The position numbers were made by a program, and so were the translations under genes. From the IMG/VR virus record IMGVR_UViG_2778261067_000009: DNA of 40,848 nt. The stretch is one strand, 5' to 3'. The notes under the pieces are model-generated. The model was not told the DNA's origin. It made no database searches and saw nothing but the letters and a program-made list of their open reading frames with translations. Positions 9,571 to 20,879 of this stretch are shown here, piece by piece. Source of the DNA: a virus. Its lineage: Duplodnaviria > Heunggongvirae > Uroviricota > Caudoviricetes. Numbering within the stretch: position 1 is the first letter of the stretch; each line of letters begins with the position of its first letter.

Positions 9571-9962
9571 AACACACTGACATTCGTGCCGCAGTGCTGG
9601 ATGCACTCGAGCAGCATGAACACGGGGCGACGCTGTTTGATGGTCGCCCCGTTGTTTTTGACGAAGAGGATTTTCCTGCGATCGCGGTTTATCTGACGGA
9701 TGCAGAGTATACCGGTGAAGAGCTGGATGCAGATACCTGGCGGGCCACACTGCATATTGAGGTGTTTTTACCGGCACAGGTACCTGATTCGGAGCTCGAT
9801 CAGTGGATGGAAAGCCGGATTTATCCGGCGATGACTGCGATCCCTGCACTGGCAGGACTGATTACCACGATGGTTACGCAGGGCTATGAGTATCGTCGTG
9901 ATGACGATATGGCGTTATGGAGCTCTGCAGATCTGACTTATTCCATTACATACGAGATGTGA
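9567..9962 (+). CDS. U: Tail terminator protein U
   Basis: [28 protein letters not shown]...LTYSITYEM almost identical to lambda U. Confidence 0.92.
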   Translation: MKHTDIRAAVLDALEQHEHGATLFDGRPVVFDEEDFPAIAVYLTDAEYTGEELDADTWRATLHIEVFLPAQVPDSELDQWMESRIYPAMTAIPALAGLITTMVTQGYEYRRDDDMALWSSADLTYSITYEM

Positions 9963-9969
9963 GGACGAT

Positions 9970-10722
9970 ATGGCAACACCAAATCCCCTGGAGCCAGTAA
10001 AAGGTGCCGGTACCACTCTGTGGGTTTACAACGGCAAGGGTGATGCTTATGCAAACCCGTTGTCAGACGCTGACTGGCAGCGACTGGCTAAGGTGAAGGA
10101 TCTGACGCCGGGCGAGATGACGGCAGAATCCTACGATGATAACTACCTGGATGATGAAGACGCAGACTGGACCGCGACCGGGCAGGGGCAGAAATCTGCA
10201 GGTGATACCAGTTTTACGCTGGCCTGGAAACCGGGAGAGGAAGGTCAGAAAGGGCTTATAGGCTGGTTTGAAAGCGGCGATGTCCGGGCCTATAAAATCC
10301 GTTTTCCGAATGGCACGGTGGATGTGTTTCGTGGCTGGGTCAGCAGTATCGGTAAGGCCGTGACGGCGAAAGAAGTGATCACCCGCACGGTGAAAGTCAC
10401 TAACGTGGGTAAACCTTCTGTAGCGGAAGAACGCAGCAAAATTACGCCGGTCAGTGCGATTAAGGTGACGCCTACATCCGGTACGGTGGCAAAAGGGAAA
10501 ACAACCACCCTGACGGTTTCTTTTGAGCCGGAAAGTGCAACCGACAAGACGTTCAGAGCGGTTTCCGCCGATCCGTCGAAAGCCACCATTAGTGTGAAAG
10601 ATATGACAATTACGGTAAACGGCGTGGCGACAGGTAAGGTGCAGATCCCTGTGGTGAGCGGAAATGGTCAGTTCGCCGCAGTGGCTGAAGTCACCGTTAC
10701 TGAAGCGGGCGCTGCAGGGTAA
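9970..10722 (+). CDS. V: Major tail protein V (with C-terminal Ig-like domain)
   Basis: [23 protein letters not shown]...[20 protein letters not shown]...[28 protein letters not shown] matches lambda V. Confidence 0.95.
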   Translation: MATPNPLEPVKGAGTTLWVYNGKGDAYANPLSDADWQRLAKVKDLTPGEMTAESYDDNYLDDEDADWTATGQGQKSAGDTSFTLAWKPGEEGQKGLIGWFESGDVRAYKIRFPNGTVDVFRGWVSSIGKAVTAKEVITRTVKVTNVGKPSVAEERSKITPVSAIKVTPTSGTVAKGKTTTLTVSFEPESATDKTFRAVSADPSKATISVKDMTITVNGVATGKVQIPVVSGNGQFAAVAEVTVTEAGAAG

Positions 10723-10735
10723 ACGGAGGTAATAC

Positions 10736-11167
10736 ATGTTTCTGAAAACAGAACAATTTGAATATAACGGTGTGTCTGTCACGCTTTCCGAATTGTCTGC
10801 GCTGCAGCGTATCGAGCATCTTGCCCTCCTGAAACGGCGTGCAGAACAGGCAGAATCCTGCGGCAACCTGCAGGTAAGCGTGGAAGATCTCGTCAGAACC
10901 GGCGCGTTTCTGGTGGCGATGTCCCTGTGGCATAACCATCCACAGAAAACGCAGTCACCGTCAATGAATGAGGCCGTGATGAAGATAGAGCAGGAAGTGC
11001 TCACCACCTGGCCTGCCGATGCCATTGCCCGGGCGGAAGACATGGTGTTGTGCCTGTCCGGGATGATCGAAGCTGTTCGTCCGGATACTGATATTACTGA
11101 AGTGGCGAAAAATAACACGCTGACTGATGATGATTTTTCTGCGGGAAAGTCTTCGACGGCGAGCTGA
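10736..11167 (+). CDS. G: Tail assembly chaperone G
   Basis: MFLKTEQFEYNGVSVTLSELSALQRIEHLALLKRRAEQAES... matches lambda G. Confidence 0.9.
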   Translation: MFLKTEQFEYNGVSVTLSELSALQRIEHLALLKRRAEQAESCGNLQVSVEDLVRTGAFLVAMSLWHNHPQKTQSPSMNEAVMKIEQEVLTTWPADAIARAEDMVLCLSGMIEAVRPDTDITEVAKNNTLTDDDFSAGKSSTAS

Positions 11168-11607
11168 ACTTTGCCCTCAGACTGGCGCGTGAGATGGGGA
11201 GACCCGACTGGCGCGCCATGCTTGCCGGGATGACATCCACCGAATATGCCGACTGGCACCGTTTTTACCGCACGCATTATTTTCAGGATACCCAGCTGGA
11301 TATGCATTTTTCCGGGCTGACGTACGCTGTACTCAGCCTGTTTTTTTGCGATCCGGATATGCATCCCTCTGATTTCAGTCTGCTTGTCCCCCGGCATGAG
11401 GAAGAGCAGGTGGAGAGGCCGGATGAGGACAAAATGCTGATGCAGAAAGCGGCAGGACTTGCCGGAGGCGTCCGGTTCGGTGGGGACGGAGGGCGCGATA
11501 TTTTATCGTCTGCGGATGTGGCGGATGTCATGGTGGATGATGCCGCATTAATGATGGCTTCAGCGGGGATTCCGGGAGGTGTGAGATATGTCCCAGCCGG
11601 TTGGTGA
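10736..11607 (+). CDS. GT: Tail assembly chaperone G-T fusion made by programmed -1 ribosomal frameshift (T part in the -1 frame from ~11149)
   Basis: Slippery heptamer G GGA AAG in G zero frame at 11143-11149; -1 frame then reads VFDGELNFALRLAREMGRPDWRAMLAGMTSTEYADWHRFY... matching lambda gpT. Confidence 0.8.
11143..11149 (+). promoter_or_regulatory. -1 programmed frameshift slippery site GGGAAAG for G-T
   Basis: Heptamer in correct phase within G, ~20 nt before G stop; identical arrangement to lambda as recalled. Confidence 0.8.
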
Positions 11608-14161
11608 TCTTGTTATTGACCTGAGTCTGGATGCTGTCCGTTTCGATGAGCAGATGAGCCGGGTAAGGCGTCATTTTTCAGGTCTGGATACCGACGCCAG
11701 AAAAACCGCCAGTGCTGTTGAACAGGGCCTGAGCCGCCAGGCGCTGGCTGCACAAAAAGCCGGGATTTCCGTCGGGCAGTATAAAGCGGCCATGCGAACC
11801 CTGCCCGCACAGTTTACGGATATCGCCACGCAGCTTGCAGGTGGTCAGAATCCCTGGCTGATCCTGCTGCAACAGGGCGGTCAGGTGAAAGACTCGTTCG
11901 GTGGTCTTATCCCGATGTTCCGGGGACTGGCGGGAGCCGTCTCGCTACCTGCCGTCGGGATCACATCACTGGTCGCCGCGACAGGTGCGCTGGCGTACGC
12001 CTGGTACCAGGGGGATTCCACGCTTTCAGCGTTTAATAAAACCCTGGTTCTTTCCGGTAATCAGTCCGGACTGACTGCCGATCGTATGCTGACTCTCTCA
12101 AGAGCCGGGCAGGCAGCAGGGCTGACGTTTAACCAGGCGAGAGAGTCACTGGCAGCCCTGGTGAATGCCGGTGTGCGTGGTGGTGAACAGTTTGATGCCA
12201 TCAACCAGAGTGTCGCGCGTTTTGCGTCTGCATCCGGTGTGGAGGTGGATAAAGTCGCTGAAGCCTTCGGGAAGCTGACCACTGACCCGACGTCGGGACT
12301 GATGGCGATGGCGCGCCAGTTCCGTAACGTGACGGCAGAGCAGATTGCGTATGTTGCACAGCTGCAGCGTTCCGGAGACGAGGCCGGGGCATTGCAGGCG
12401 GCGAACGATATCGCCACGAAAGGCTTTGATGAGCAGACCCGTCGCCTGAAAGAAAACATGGGAACACTGGAGACCTGGGCGGATAAAACAGGGAAGGCAT
12501 TCAAATCGATGTGGGATGCCATTCTGGATATCGGTCGTCCTGAATCCTCAGCGGATATGCTCGCCAGTGCGCAGAAGGCATTTGATGAGGCGGATAAAAA
12601 ATGGCAGTGGTACCAGAGCCGGAGCCAGCGCCGGGGAAAGACCTCCTCTTTTCGTGCGAACCTTCAGGGGGCATGGGATGACCGGGAAAATGCCCGTCTG
12701 GGTCTGGCAGCGGCCACGCTGCAGTCGGATATGGAAAAAGCCGGTGAACTGGCGGCAAGGGACCGGGCTGAGCGTGAGGCGTCACAGCTGAAGTATACCG
12801 GAGAGGCACAGAAGGCGTATGAGCGCCTGCAGACGCCGCTGGATAAATATACCGCCCGTCAGAAAGAGCTGAATAAGGCCCTGAAAGACGGAAAAATCCT
12901 GCAGGCGGATTACAACACGCTGATGGCGTCGGCAAAAAAGGATTATGAATCGACGCTGAAAAAGCCGTCAGGTGTGAAGGTGTCTGCCGGTGAGCGCCAG
13001 GAAGACCGGGCGCATGCAGCCATGCTGGCGCTTGAAACCGAGCTCAGGACGCTGGAAAAACACAGCGGTGTGAATGAGAAAATCAGCCAGCAGCGCCGGG
13101 ATTTATGGGAAGCGGAAAATCAGTATGTGGTCCTGAAAGAGGCCGCCACGAAACGGCAGTTATCTGAGCAGGAAAAATCCCTGCTGGCCCATGAGAAAGA
13201 AACGCTGGAGTACAAACGCCAGCTGGCTGAGCTGGGCGACAAGATTGAACACCAGAAACGGCTGAATGAGCTGGCACAGCAGGCGGCGCGGTTTGAACAG
13301 CAGCAGAGCGCGAAGCAGGCGGCAATCAGCGCAAAAGCCCGCGGACTCACCGACCGTCAGGCGCAGCGGGAGTCGGAAGAGCAGCGCCTTCGTGAGGTGT
13401 ACGGTGATAATCCGGCTGCGCTGGCGAAGGCCACATCTGCACTGAAGAACACCTGGTCTGCGGAGGAGCAGCTTCGTGGAAGCTGGATGGCCGGGATGAA
13501 GTCCGGCTGGGGCGAGTGGGCGGAAAGTGCGACGGACAGTTTTTCGCAGGTTAAAAACGCGGCCACGCAGACCTTTGACGGTATTGCACAGAATATGGCA
13601 GCGATGCTGACTGGCAGCGAACAGAACTGGCGTGGTTTCACCCGTTCTGTGCTGTCCATGCTGACAGAGATTTTTCTGAAGCAGGCGATGGTGGGGATAG
13701 TCGGGAGTATCGGCAGCGCCATTGGCGGTGCTTTCGGTGGTGGTGCGTCTGCCTCCACGGGGACGGCCATTCAGGCTGCGGCGGCGAACTTCCATTTCGC
13801 GACCGGGGGATTTACGGGGACGGGGGGTAAATATGAACCTGCGGGGATTGTTCATCGCGGGGAGTTTGTCTTCACGAAGGAGGCGACCAGCCGGATTGGT
13901 GTCGGCAATCTGTACCGCCTGATGCGGGGCTATGCGGAAGGTGGTTATGTCGGCGGTGCCGGAAGTCCGGCGCAGATGCGGCGGGCGGAAGGCATTAATT
14001 TTAATCAGAACAATCACGTGGTGATTCAGAACGACGGCCCCAACGGGCGGGCAGGGCCGCAGCTGATGAAAGCGGTGTATGAGATGGCCCGCAAGGGGGC
14101 ACAGGATGAACTCCGGCTGCAGTTGCGTGATGGCGGTATGTTATCAGGGAGCGGTGGATGA
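11588..14161 (+). CDS. H: Tail tape measure protein H
   Basis: 857 aa; N-terminus MSQPVGDLVIDLSLDAVRFDEQMSRVRRHFSG and long internal stretches match lambda H; RBS GGGAGGTG upstream. Confidence 0.95.
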   Translation: MSQPVGDLVIDLSLDAVRFDEQMSRVRRHFSGLDTDARKTASAVEQGLSRQALAAQKAGISVGQYKAAMRTLPAQFTDIATQLAGGQNPWLILLQQGGQVKDSFGGLIPMFRGLAGAVSLPAVGITSLVAATGALAYAWYQGDSTLSAFNKTLVLSGNQSGLTADRMLTLSRAGQAAGLTFNQARESLAALVNAGVRGGEQFDAINQSVARFASASGVEVDKVAEAFGKLTTDPTSGLMAMARQFRNVTAEQIAYVAQLQRSGDEAGALQAANDIATKGFDEQTRRLKENMGTLETWADKTGKAFKSMWDAILDIGRPESSADMLASAQKAFDEADKKWQWYQSRSQRRGKTSSFRANLQGAWDDRENARLGLAAATLQSDMEKAGELAARDRAEREASQLKYTGEAQKAYERLQTPLDKYTARQKELNKALKDGKILQADYNTLMASAKKDYESTLKKPSGVKVSAGERQEDRAHAAMLALETELRTLEKHSGVNEKISQQRRDLWEAENQYVVLKEAATKRQLSEQEKSLLAHEKETLEYKRQLAELGDKIEHQKRLNELAQQAARFEQQQSAKQAAISAKARGLTDRQAQRESEEQRLREVYGDNPAALAKATSALKNTWSAEEQLRGSWMAGMKSGWGEWAESATDSFSQVKNAATQTFDGIAQNMAAMLTGSEQNWRGFTRSVLSMLTEIFLKQAMVGIVGSIGSAIGGAFGGGASASTGTAIQAAAANFHFATGGFTGTGGKYEPAGIVHRGEFVFTKEATSRIGVGNLYRLMRGYAEGGYVGGAGSPAQMRRAEGINFNQNNHVVIQNDGPNGRAGPQLMKAVYEMARKGAQDELRLQLRDGGMLSGSGG

Positions 14162-14487
14162 AAACCTTTCGCTGGAAAGTGAAGCCGGATATGGAGGTGA
14201 ACTCGCAGCCATCGGTGCGTGAAGTGCGTTTTGGTGACGGGTACTCACAGCGTATGGCGGCAGGGCTGAATGCTGACCTGAAAACATACAGGGTGACGCT
14301 TTCCGTGACCCGGGAGGAGGCCCGGCATCTGGAAGCGTTCCTGGCAGAGCACGGTGGCTGGAAGGCATTTTTGTGGAAGCCACCCTATGCATACCGGCAG
14401 ATAAAGGTGACCTGTGCCGGGTGGTCTGCGCGGGTCGGGATGTTGCGCGTTGAGTTCAGCGCGGAGTTTAAGCAGGTGGTGAACTGA
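14158..14487 (+). CDS. M: Minor tail protein M
   Basis: MKTFRWKVKP...VRFGDGYSQR...YRQIKVTCAGW...LRVEFSAEF matches lambda M. Confidence 0.92.
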   Translation: MKTFRWKVKPDMEVNSQPSVREVRFGDGYSQRMAAGLNADLKTYRVTLSVTREEARHLEAFLAEHGGWKAFLWKPPYAYRQIKVTCAGWSARVGMLRVEFSAEFKQVVN

Positions 14488-15185
14488 TGCAGGATATTCA
14501 CGAAGAAAGCCTGAACGAGCTGGTTAAGTCAGAGCAGTCACCGCGGGTGGTGCTCTGGGAAATCGACCTGACAGTGCAGGGCGGTGAGCGGTATTTTTTC
14601 TGCAATGAGCTGAATGAAAAAGGGGAGCCGGTGACCTGGCAGGGGCGTGAATATCAGGCGTACCCGATTGAGGGGAGTGGCTTTGAGATGAACGGAAAGG
14701 GCAGCAGTGCCCGCCCGTCGCTGACAGTGTCCAATCTTTTCGGCCTTGTCACCGGGATGGCGGAGGATTTGCAGAGCCTGGTGGGTGCCACGGTGGTCCG
14801 TCGCCGGGTGTATGCGCGTTTTCTGGATGCGGTGAACTTTGTGGCAGGCAATCCGGAGGCCGACCCGGAGCAGGAGCTGACGGACCGGTGGGTGGTGGAG
14901 CAGATGTCAGCGCTGACGGCCATGACGGCCTCGTTTGTGCTGGCGACACCGACGGAGACGGACGGTGCGCTGTTTCCCGGTCGCATCATGCTGGCGAACA
15001 CCTGTATGTGGGATTACCGGGGCGATGAATGCGGGTATAACGGTCCGGCAGTGGCGGATGAGTTCGACAACCCCACCACGGATATCCGGAAGGACAGATG
15101 CAGTAAATGCATGCGCGGGTGTGAGATGCGCGGCATGGTGGCTAATTTCGGCGGTTTCCTTTCCATTAATAAACTTTCGCAGTAA
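14487..15185 (+). CDS. L: Minor tail protein L
   Basis: VVLWEIDLT..GGERYFFCNE.NEKGEPVTWQGR.YQ.YPI.GSGFE matches lambda L. Confidence 0.95.
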   Translation: MQDIHEESLNELVKSEQSPRVVLWEIDLTVQGGERYFFCNELNEKGEPVTWQGREYQAYPIEGSGFEMNGKGSSARPSLTVSNLFGLVTGMAEDLQSLVGATVVRRRVYARFLDAVNFVAGNPEADPEQELTDRWVVEQMSALTAMTASFVLATPTETDGALFPGRIMLANTCMWDYRGDECGYNGPAVADEFDNPTTDIRKDRCSKCMRGCEMRGMVANFGGFLSINKLSQ

Positions 15186-15195
15186 ATCCCGGTTT

Positions 15196-15939
15196 ATGAC
15201 ACAGACTGAATCAGCGATTCTGGCGCATGCCCGGCGGTGTGCGCCTGCGGAGTCGTGCGGCTTCGTGATAAGCACGCCGGAGGGGGAGTGGTATATCCCT
15301 TGTGTGAATATTTCTGCAGAGCCGGAGGCGTATTTTCGTATCGCACCGGAAGACTGGCTGCGGGCAGAGATGCAGGGGGAGATTGTGGCACTGGTCCACA
15401 GTCATCCCGGTGGGCTGCCCTGGCTGAGCGAGGCTGACCGGCGGCTGCAGATAAAAAGCGCACTGCCCTGGTGGCTGGTCTGCCGGGGTGACATTCACAA
15501 ATTCCGCTGCGTGCCGCACCTGACGGGACGGCGCTTTGAGCACGGGGTGACGGACTGTTACACCCTGTTCCGGGATGCATACCATCTGGCGGGGACTGAA
15601 ATGCCGGATTTTCATCGCGAGGATGACTGGTGGCGCAACGGTCAGAACCTTTACCTGGACAATATGGCGGTCACCGGCTTTTACCGGGTGCCCCTGTCCT
15701 CTGCACAGGCGGGCGATATTCTGCTGTGCTGCTTTGGTGCTTCGGTACCGAACCATGCCGCCATTTACTGCGGCAACGGTGAGCTGCTTCACCATCTGCC
15801 TGAACAACTGAGTAAACGGGAGAGGTATTCCGAAAAATGGCAACGACGAACGCATTCTGTCTGGCGTCACCGCCACTGGCACGCATCTGCCTTCACGGGG
15901 ATTTGCAACGATTTGGCCGCCGCCTCAGCCTGTATGTGA
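15196..15939 (+). CDS. K: Tail assembly protein K (JAB/MPN plus NlpC/P60-like)
   Basis: RISPEDWLRAEMQGEIVALVHSHPGGLPWLSEADRRLQ and HGVTDCYTLFRDAYHLAG match lambda K; start chosen at ATG 15196 within the longer ORF. Confidence 0.9.
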   Translation: MTQTESAILAHARRCAPAESCGFVISTPEGEWYIPCVNISAEPEAYFRIAPEDWLRAEMQGEIVALVHSHPGGLPWLSEADRRLQIKSALPWWLVCRGDIHKFRCVPHLTGRRFEHGVTDCYTLFRDAYHLAGTEMPDFHREDDWWRNGQNLYLDNMAVTGFYRVPLSSAQAGDILLCCFGASVPNHAAIYCGNGELLHHLPEQLSKRERYSEKWQRRTHSVWRHRHWHASAFTGICNDLAAASACM

Positions 15940-16517
15940 ACACGGCAGCGGAAGCCATTCGCGCCCTGTCGATGCAGATGCCGGGCTTTCGCTGTCAGAT
16001 GAACGAAGGCTGGTACCAGATACGTATTGCCGGTGAGGATACCGCGCCGGAGGCGGTGTATGCCCGTCTTCACGAACAACTGGGTGAGGGAGCGGTCATC
16101 CACATTGTGCCGCGACTGGCCGGAGCCGGGGGAAATGGTGTTTTTCAGGTGGTGCTGGGGGCAGCAGCCATCGTGGGCTCTTTCTTCACCGCCGGTGCAA
16201 CGATGGCGTTGTGGGGCGCAGCCCTGAGTGCCGGAGGGCTGACTGCCACCACGATGCTGTTCTCACTGGGTGCCAGCATGATACTGGGTGGTGTGGCCCA
16301 GATGCTGGCCCCGAAGGCAAAGACGCCGGAGTACAAAAGCACGGATAACGGTAAACAGAACACGTATTTTTCGTCACTGGACAACATGATTGCCCAGGGT
16401 AACCCGATGCCGGTGCCTTACGGTGAAATGCTGGTTGGTTCACGACGGATATCCCAGGACATCAGCACCCGTGATGAGGGCGGTGACGGGAAAGTGGTGG
16501 TTATCGGGCGGGGATGA
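15837..16517 (+). CDS. I: Tail assembly protein I
   Basis: ARICLHGDLQRFGRR...IHIVPR.AGA...GVFQ.VLGAAAI.GSFFTAGAT and GKQNTYFSSLDNM.AQGN match lambda I. Confidence 0.9.
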   Translation: MATTNAFCLASPPLARICLHGDLQRFGRRLSLYVNTAAEAIRALSMQMPGFRCQMNEGWYQIRIAGEDTAPEAVYARLHEQLGEGAVIHIVPRLAGAGGNGVFQVVLGAAAIVGSFFTAGATMALWGAALSAGGLTATTMLFSLGASMILGGVAQMLAPKAKTPEYKSTDNGKQNTYFSSLDNMIAQGNPMPVPYGEMLVGSRRISQDISTRDEGGDGKVVVIGRG

Positions 16518-16562
16518 AAATAAAAAAATCCCGCAGAGTCAGCGGAGCTGCGGGAGAGAACG

Positions 16563-16682
16563 ATGAAGATTAACGTTATGGAGTTATTTTTCAGGCATCA
16601 AAAAAGTAACGCAGCGTCATTATTGCGGCTACAGGCAATTTGCAGAAATGTGAAGAATTTCAGAAATTTTATTCCGTCATGA
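16563..16682 (+). CDS. Small hypothetical ORF (39 aa) inserted between tail genes I and J
   Basis: ATG 16563 preceded by GGGAGAG at about -8; followed at once by a strong terminator; lambda has no I-J gap as recalled; protein MKINVMELFFRHQKSNAASLLRLQAICRNVKNFRNFIPS has no family I recognise. Confidence 0.3.
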   Translation: MKINVMELFFRHQKSNAASLLRLQAICRNVKNFRNFIPS

Positions 16683-16683
16683 C

Positions 16684-16714
16684 ACAGGCACCCTCCGGGG
16701 TGCCTGTTGTTTTT
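16684..16714 (+). terminator. Rho-independent terminator (10 bp GC-rich stem, 4 nt loop, T-run)
   Basis: ACAGGCACCC-TCCG-GGGTGCCTGT followed by TGTTTTT. Confidence 0.65.
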
Positions 16715-16757
16715 GGGCATAAACAGATTCAGACATCAGACAGGAGAGGGGGACAGA

Positions 16758-19700
16758 GTGGGTAAAGGGGGCGGCAAGGGGCACACACCGCGTGAGGCGA
16801 AGGACAATCTCAAGTCAACGCAGATGATGAGCGTGATTGATGCCATCGGTGAGGGACCGGTGGAAGGCCCGGTGAAGGGACTGCAGAGTATTCTGGTGAA
16901 CAAAACCCCCCTGACGGACACGGACGGTAATCCCGTGATACACGGTGTGACCGCCGTCTGGCGTGCCGGGGAGCAGGAGCAGACACCGCCGGAAGGCTTT
17001 GAGTCCTCCGGGGCGGAAACCGCACTGGGTGTGGAGGTGACGAAGGCAAAGCCGGTGACGCGCACCATCACGTCAGCGAACATTGACCGTCTGCGGGTCA
17101 CCTTCGGGGTGCAGTCACTGGTGGAGACCAGCTCAAAGGGTGACCGTAATCCCTCTTCTGTCCGGCTGCTGATTCAGCTTGAGCGTAACGGTAACTGGGT
17201 GACGGAGAAGGATGTCACTATTAACGGCAAGACCACCTCGCAGTACCTGACGTCGGTGATTCTGAATAATCTCCCTGAGCGCCCCTTTAACATCCGGGTG
17301 GTCAGGGTGACGGCGGACAGTACCACGGACCAGCTGCAGAACAGAACGCTGTGGTCGTCATACACCGAAATCATCGATGTGAAACAGTGCTACCCGAACA
17401 CGGCCATTGTGGGGCTGCAGGTGGATGCGGAGCAGTTCGGTGGCCAGCAGATGGTGGTGAACTACCATATCCGCGGCCGCATCATTCAGGTGCCGTCAAA
17501 CTATGACCCGGAAAAACGCACCTACAGCGGTATCTGGGACGGGAGTCTGAAACCGGCATACAGCAATAACCCGGCCTGGTGCCTGTGGGACATGCTGACC
17601 CACCCGCGCTACGGGATGGGAAAACGCCTGGGGGCCGCGGATGTGGACAAGTGGGCTCTGTATGCCATCGGGCAGTACTGCGACCAGACGGTTCCGGATG
17701 GTTTCGGGGGCACAGAGCCGCGGATGACCTTTAATGCGTACCTGTCACAGCAGCGTAAGGTGTGGGATGTCCTGGGGGATTTCTGCTCGGCGATGCGCTG
17801 TATGCCGGTATGGAACGGCCAGACGCTGACGTTCGTTCAGGACCGTCCGTCGGATGTGGTGTGGCCGTACACCAACAGCGATGTGGTGGTGGATGATAAC
17901 GGCGTGGGGTTCCGCTACAGCTTCAGTGCCCTGAAGGACCGGCACACGGCGGTGGAGGTGAATTACACCGACCCGCAGAACGGCTGGCAGACCTCCACTG
18001 AACTGGTGGAAGACCCGGACGCCATCCTGCGCTACGGGCGCAACCTGCTGAAGATGGATGCGTTCGGCTGTACCAGCCGCGGTCAGGCCCACCGTGCCGG
18101 ACTGTGGGTGATAAAGACCGAACTGCTGGAAACGCAGACGGTGGATTTCACGCTCGGGTCTCAGGGGCTGCGGCACACACCCGGTGACATCATTGAAATC
18201 TGTGATAACGACTATGCCGGGACCCTGACCGGCGGACGCATCCTGTCCATCGATGCCGCCAGCCGCACACTGACGCTGGACCGTGAGGTGACACTGCCGG
18301 AAGCAGGTACATCGACGGTGAACCTGATTAACGGCAGCGGTAAGCCGGTGCGCGTGGACATCACTGCACACCCCGCCCCTGACCGGATACAGGTCAGCGT
18401 CCTGCCTGATGGCGTGGCGACATACGGTGTGTGGGGACTCTCCCTGCCGTCACTGCGTCGTCGCCTGTTCCGCTGTGTTTCCATCCGGGAAAACACGGAC
18501 GGCACCTTTGCCATCACGGCGGTGCAGCATGTGCCGGAAAAAGAAGCCATTGTGGATAACGGGGCCCGCTTTGAGCCGATGTCCGGCTCACTGAACAGCG
18601 TCATCCCGCCGGCAGTGCAGCACCTCACGGTGGAGGTGAGTGCCTCAGACGGCCAGTATCTGGCGCTGGCGAAATGGGACACGCCGCGGGTGGTGAAGGG
18701 CGTGCGCTTCAGTCTGCGCCTGACCAGTGGCAGTGGTGAGAACAGCCGCCTGGTGACCAGCGCCATCACGGCGGACACGGAGTACCGTTTCAGTGGCCTG
18801 CCGCTCGGGGAATACACCCTGACGGTCAGGGCGATAAACAGCTACGGCCAGCAGGGCGAACCTGCCACCACCACATTCCGGATTAATGCACCGGCGGCAC
18901 CGGCCAGCATTGAACTGACGCCGGGCTATTTTCAGATAACGGTGGTCCCGCATCCTGCGGTGTATGACCCGACGGTACAGTATGAATTCTGGTTCTCAGA
19001 AAAACGCATCACGGACACGGCACAGGTGGAAACCTCTGCCCGTTATCTGGGTACCGGCAGCCAGTGGAGCGTCTCCGGCCCGCACATTAAGCCCGGGAAG
19101 GATTTCTGGTTTTATGTGCGCAGCGTCAACCTGGTGGGGAAATCTGCGTTTGTGGAGGCCAGCGGGCAGGCCAGCAATGATGGTGAAGGGTATCTGGAAA
19201 TTTTCCGTGGGCTGATAGATGAGGCGCTGCTGGGGAAGGCACTGAAAGAGCGTATTGATGCGTCAGCCCTGCGTACTGAGGTCACGCAACTGGAAGAAGA
19301 CATCCGCCAGCGACTGGAGACGGATGTTGCGGAAGTGACCCGAAAAATCGGGGAGGCGGAAAACAGCCTCACGCAGCTGGTTGCGAAAAAGAATGAGGAC
19401 CAGACGCTGGCCATCGCGCAGGTGAGTCAGCAGGTGGACCGGGTGAGCAGTGAAATCACACAGACCGTCAGCCAGAGCACGGAGGAAAACGCCAGGCAGA
19501 TAGCGCAGGTCCGCCAGTACGTGGATGACAAAGGGAGTGAAATCACCTCGACCACGGATAAAAAGCTGGAAGACCAGAGCGCCACCATACAGCAGATACA
19601 GCAGGTCCAGTCAGACACGAATGATGAGCTGGCAGCGCTGTACATGCTGAAGGTACAGAAAACGAAAAACGGCATTCCGTATGTTGCCGGTATTGGTGCG

Positions 19701-20444
19701 GGGATTGAGGATGCTGATGGCCAGACGCTGAGCAATATTCTGCTGCAGGCGGACCGTATTGCGATGATTACCCCGGAGAACGGCAACACCACGCCGCTGT
19801 TTGTGGCGCAGGGGAATCAGCTGTTTATGAACGACGTGTTCCTGAAGCGACTGTTTGCAGTGAGCATCACCTCGTCCGGCAATCCCCCGACGTTCTCCCT
19901 GACGCCGGAGGGCAGGCTGACGGCCCGCAATGCGGACATCAGCGGACATATCAGTGCGAACTCGGGCACGCTGAATAATGTCGTGATAGCGGAGAACTGC
20001 ACGATAAATGGCACGCTGAAAGCGGAGAACATTATTGGTGATCTGGTGAAATGTGCCGGGGTGGCTTTTCCGGTGGATGGTAGTCACCTTGCGAACGGTA
20101 CACTAACGCTGACGGTGTATGACGATCACAGCTTTGACCGGCAGATTATAATCCCGCCGATAATCTATGTCGGGTCAAAACAGGAATCCCGCACCAGTAA
20201 TGACATCTGGACAGAGTGCTTCCTGCATGTTGATCAGAACGGACGCCGGATTTATTCAGGCAGGTCAGTGGCAGAGCCGGGAATTTTCAGCGGGATCATC
20301 GATATGCCAGCTGGCGGTGGTCATATCACCCTGAGTTTTACCGTGAGCTCACGGCGTCAGAATAACAGTTGGGGCAGTTCACGTATCAGTAACCTTCAGG
20401 CGATAGTGGTGAAGAAAAACAGCGCGGGGATCAGCATCCGCTGA
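16758..20444 (+). CDS. J: Tail tip/central fibre protein J (host specificity)
   Basis: [22 protein letters not shown]...; long stretches match lambda J ([65 protein letters not shown]); GTG start 16758 with AGGAGAGG upstream. Confidence 0.95.
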   Translation: MGKGGGKGHTPREAKDNLKSTQMMSVIDAIGEGPVEGPVKGLQSILVNKTPLTDTDGNPVIHGVTAVWRAGEQEQTPPEGFESSGAETALGVEVTKAKPVTRTITSANIDRLRVTFGVQSLVETSSKGDRNPSSVRLLIQLERNGNWVTEKDVTINGKTTSQYLTSVILNNLPERPFNIRVVRVTADSTTDQLQNRTLWSSYTEIIDVKQCYPNTAIVGLQVDAEQFGGQQMVVNYHIRGRIIQVPSNYDPEKRTYSGIWDGSLKPAYSNNPAWCLWDMLTHPRYGMGKRLGAADVDKWALYAIGQYCDQTVPDGFGGTEPRMTFNAYLSQQRKVWDVLGDFCSAMRCMPVWNGQTLTFVQDRPSDVVWPYTNSDVVVDDNGVGFRYSFSALKDRHTAVEVNYTDPQNGWQTSTELVEDPDAILRYGRNLLKMDAFGCTSRGQAHRAGLWVIKTELLETQTVDFTLGSQGLRHTPGDIIEICDNDYAGTLTGGRILSIDAASRTLTLDREVTLPEAGTSTVNLINGSGKPVRVDITAHPAPDRIQVSVLPDGVATYGVWGLSLPSLRRRLFRCVSIRENTDGTFAITAVQHVPEKEAIVDNGARFEPMSGSLNSVIPPAVQHLTVEVSASDGQYLALAKWDTPRVVKGVRFSLRLTSGSGENSRLVTSAITADTEYRFSGLPLGEYTLTVRAINSYGQQGEPATTTFRINAPAAPASIELTPGYFQITVVPHPAVYDPTVQYEFWFSEKRITDTAQVETSARYLGTGSQWSVSGPHIKPGKDFWFYVRSVNLVGKSAFVEASGQASNDGEGYLEIFRGLIDEALLGKALKERIDASALRTEVTQLEEDIRQRLETDVAEVTRKIGEAENSLTQLVAKKNEDQTLAIAQVSQQVDRVSSEITQTVSQSTEENARQIAQVRQYVDDKGSEITSTTDKKLEDQSATIQQIQQVQSDTNDELAALYMLKVQKTKNGIPYVAGIGAGIEDADGQTLSNILLQADRIAMITPENGNTTPLFVAQGNQLFMNDVFLKRLFAVSITSSGNPPTFSLTPEGRLTARNADISGHISANSGTLNNVVIAENCTINGTLKAENIIGDLVKCAGVAFPVDGSHLANGTLTLTVYDDHSFDRQIIIPPIIYVGSKQESRTSNDIWTECFLHVDQNGRRIYSGRSVAEPGIFSGIIDMPAGGGHITLSFTVSSRRQNNSWGSSRISNLQAIVVKKNSAGISIR

Positions 20445-20642
20445 ACATCGCGCCCCGGGATTGCCGGAAGGAGACAAAAACCGTACAGTATGCGCGGGTG
20501 CCTTTGGCTGATGGCCGGAGGGAACACCTGAAGGCCTGATGTGAAAAGGCCCCGGACAAAACATTCATGTTTAACCCGAGGCCTGACCATTCATCCTAAG
20601 CAAGTGAAAGGTTAGCGCCTCTCCGTAAAAGGAGCAAGCGTT

Positions 20643-20783
20643 ATGTCGCAAAAACCGTTAAAAACCACCGTGATTTGTATCACGGTAGTGCTCATTATCT
20701 GGATCAACCACAGTTCACTGTGCGAGTTCCGGTTCCGGATAGCGGGCGCGGAGATTGCGGCGTTCTTACAGTGTAAGCGGTAA
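20643..20783 (+). CDS. hok: Hok/Gef-family type I toxin (46 aa membrane peptide)
   Basis: [48 protein letters not shown] segment plus LCE.RFR....E.AAF motif as in HokB/HokC; AAGGAG RBS 7 nt upstream. Confidence 0.7.
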   Translation: MSQKPLKTTVICITVVLIIWINHSSLCEFRFRIAGAEIAAFLQCKR

Positions 20784-20879
20784 GAAACCGTGGCGGAGGA
20801 GTGTACCTTTCCCGCCGACCGGTTGCTGAGGGTGATCAGCCGGATGGCACCTTTTTAACATCAATAAATCACAAATTTA

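Noticed and set aside
10063-11397. 444 aa ORF on the minus strand
   Set aside because: Fully antisense to the well-supported V, G, G-T and H genes; low-complexity Arg/Ser/Cys-rich translation; typical spurious antisense ORF in GC-rich coding DNA.
13160-14017. 285 aa minus-strand ORF, and the other minus-strand ORFs within 12061-13770
   Set aside because: Antisense to the tape measure gene H, which has end-to-end similarity to lambda H; Arg/Pro-rich artefactual translations.
20445-20642. mok-like overlapping reading frame upstream of the hok-like gene
   Set aside because: The only frame open across the hok start has no ATG, GTG or TTG start codon upstream, so no mok was called; an antisense RNA cannot be confirmed from sequence alone.
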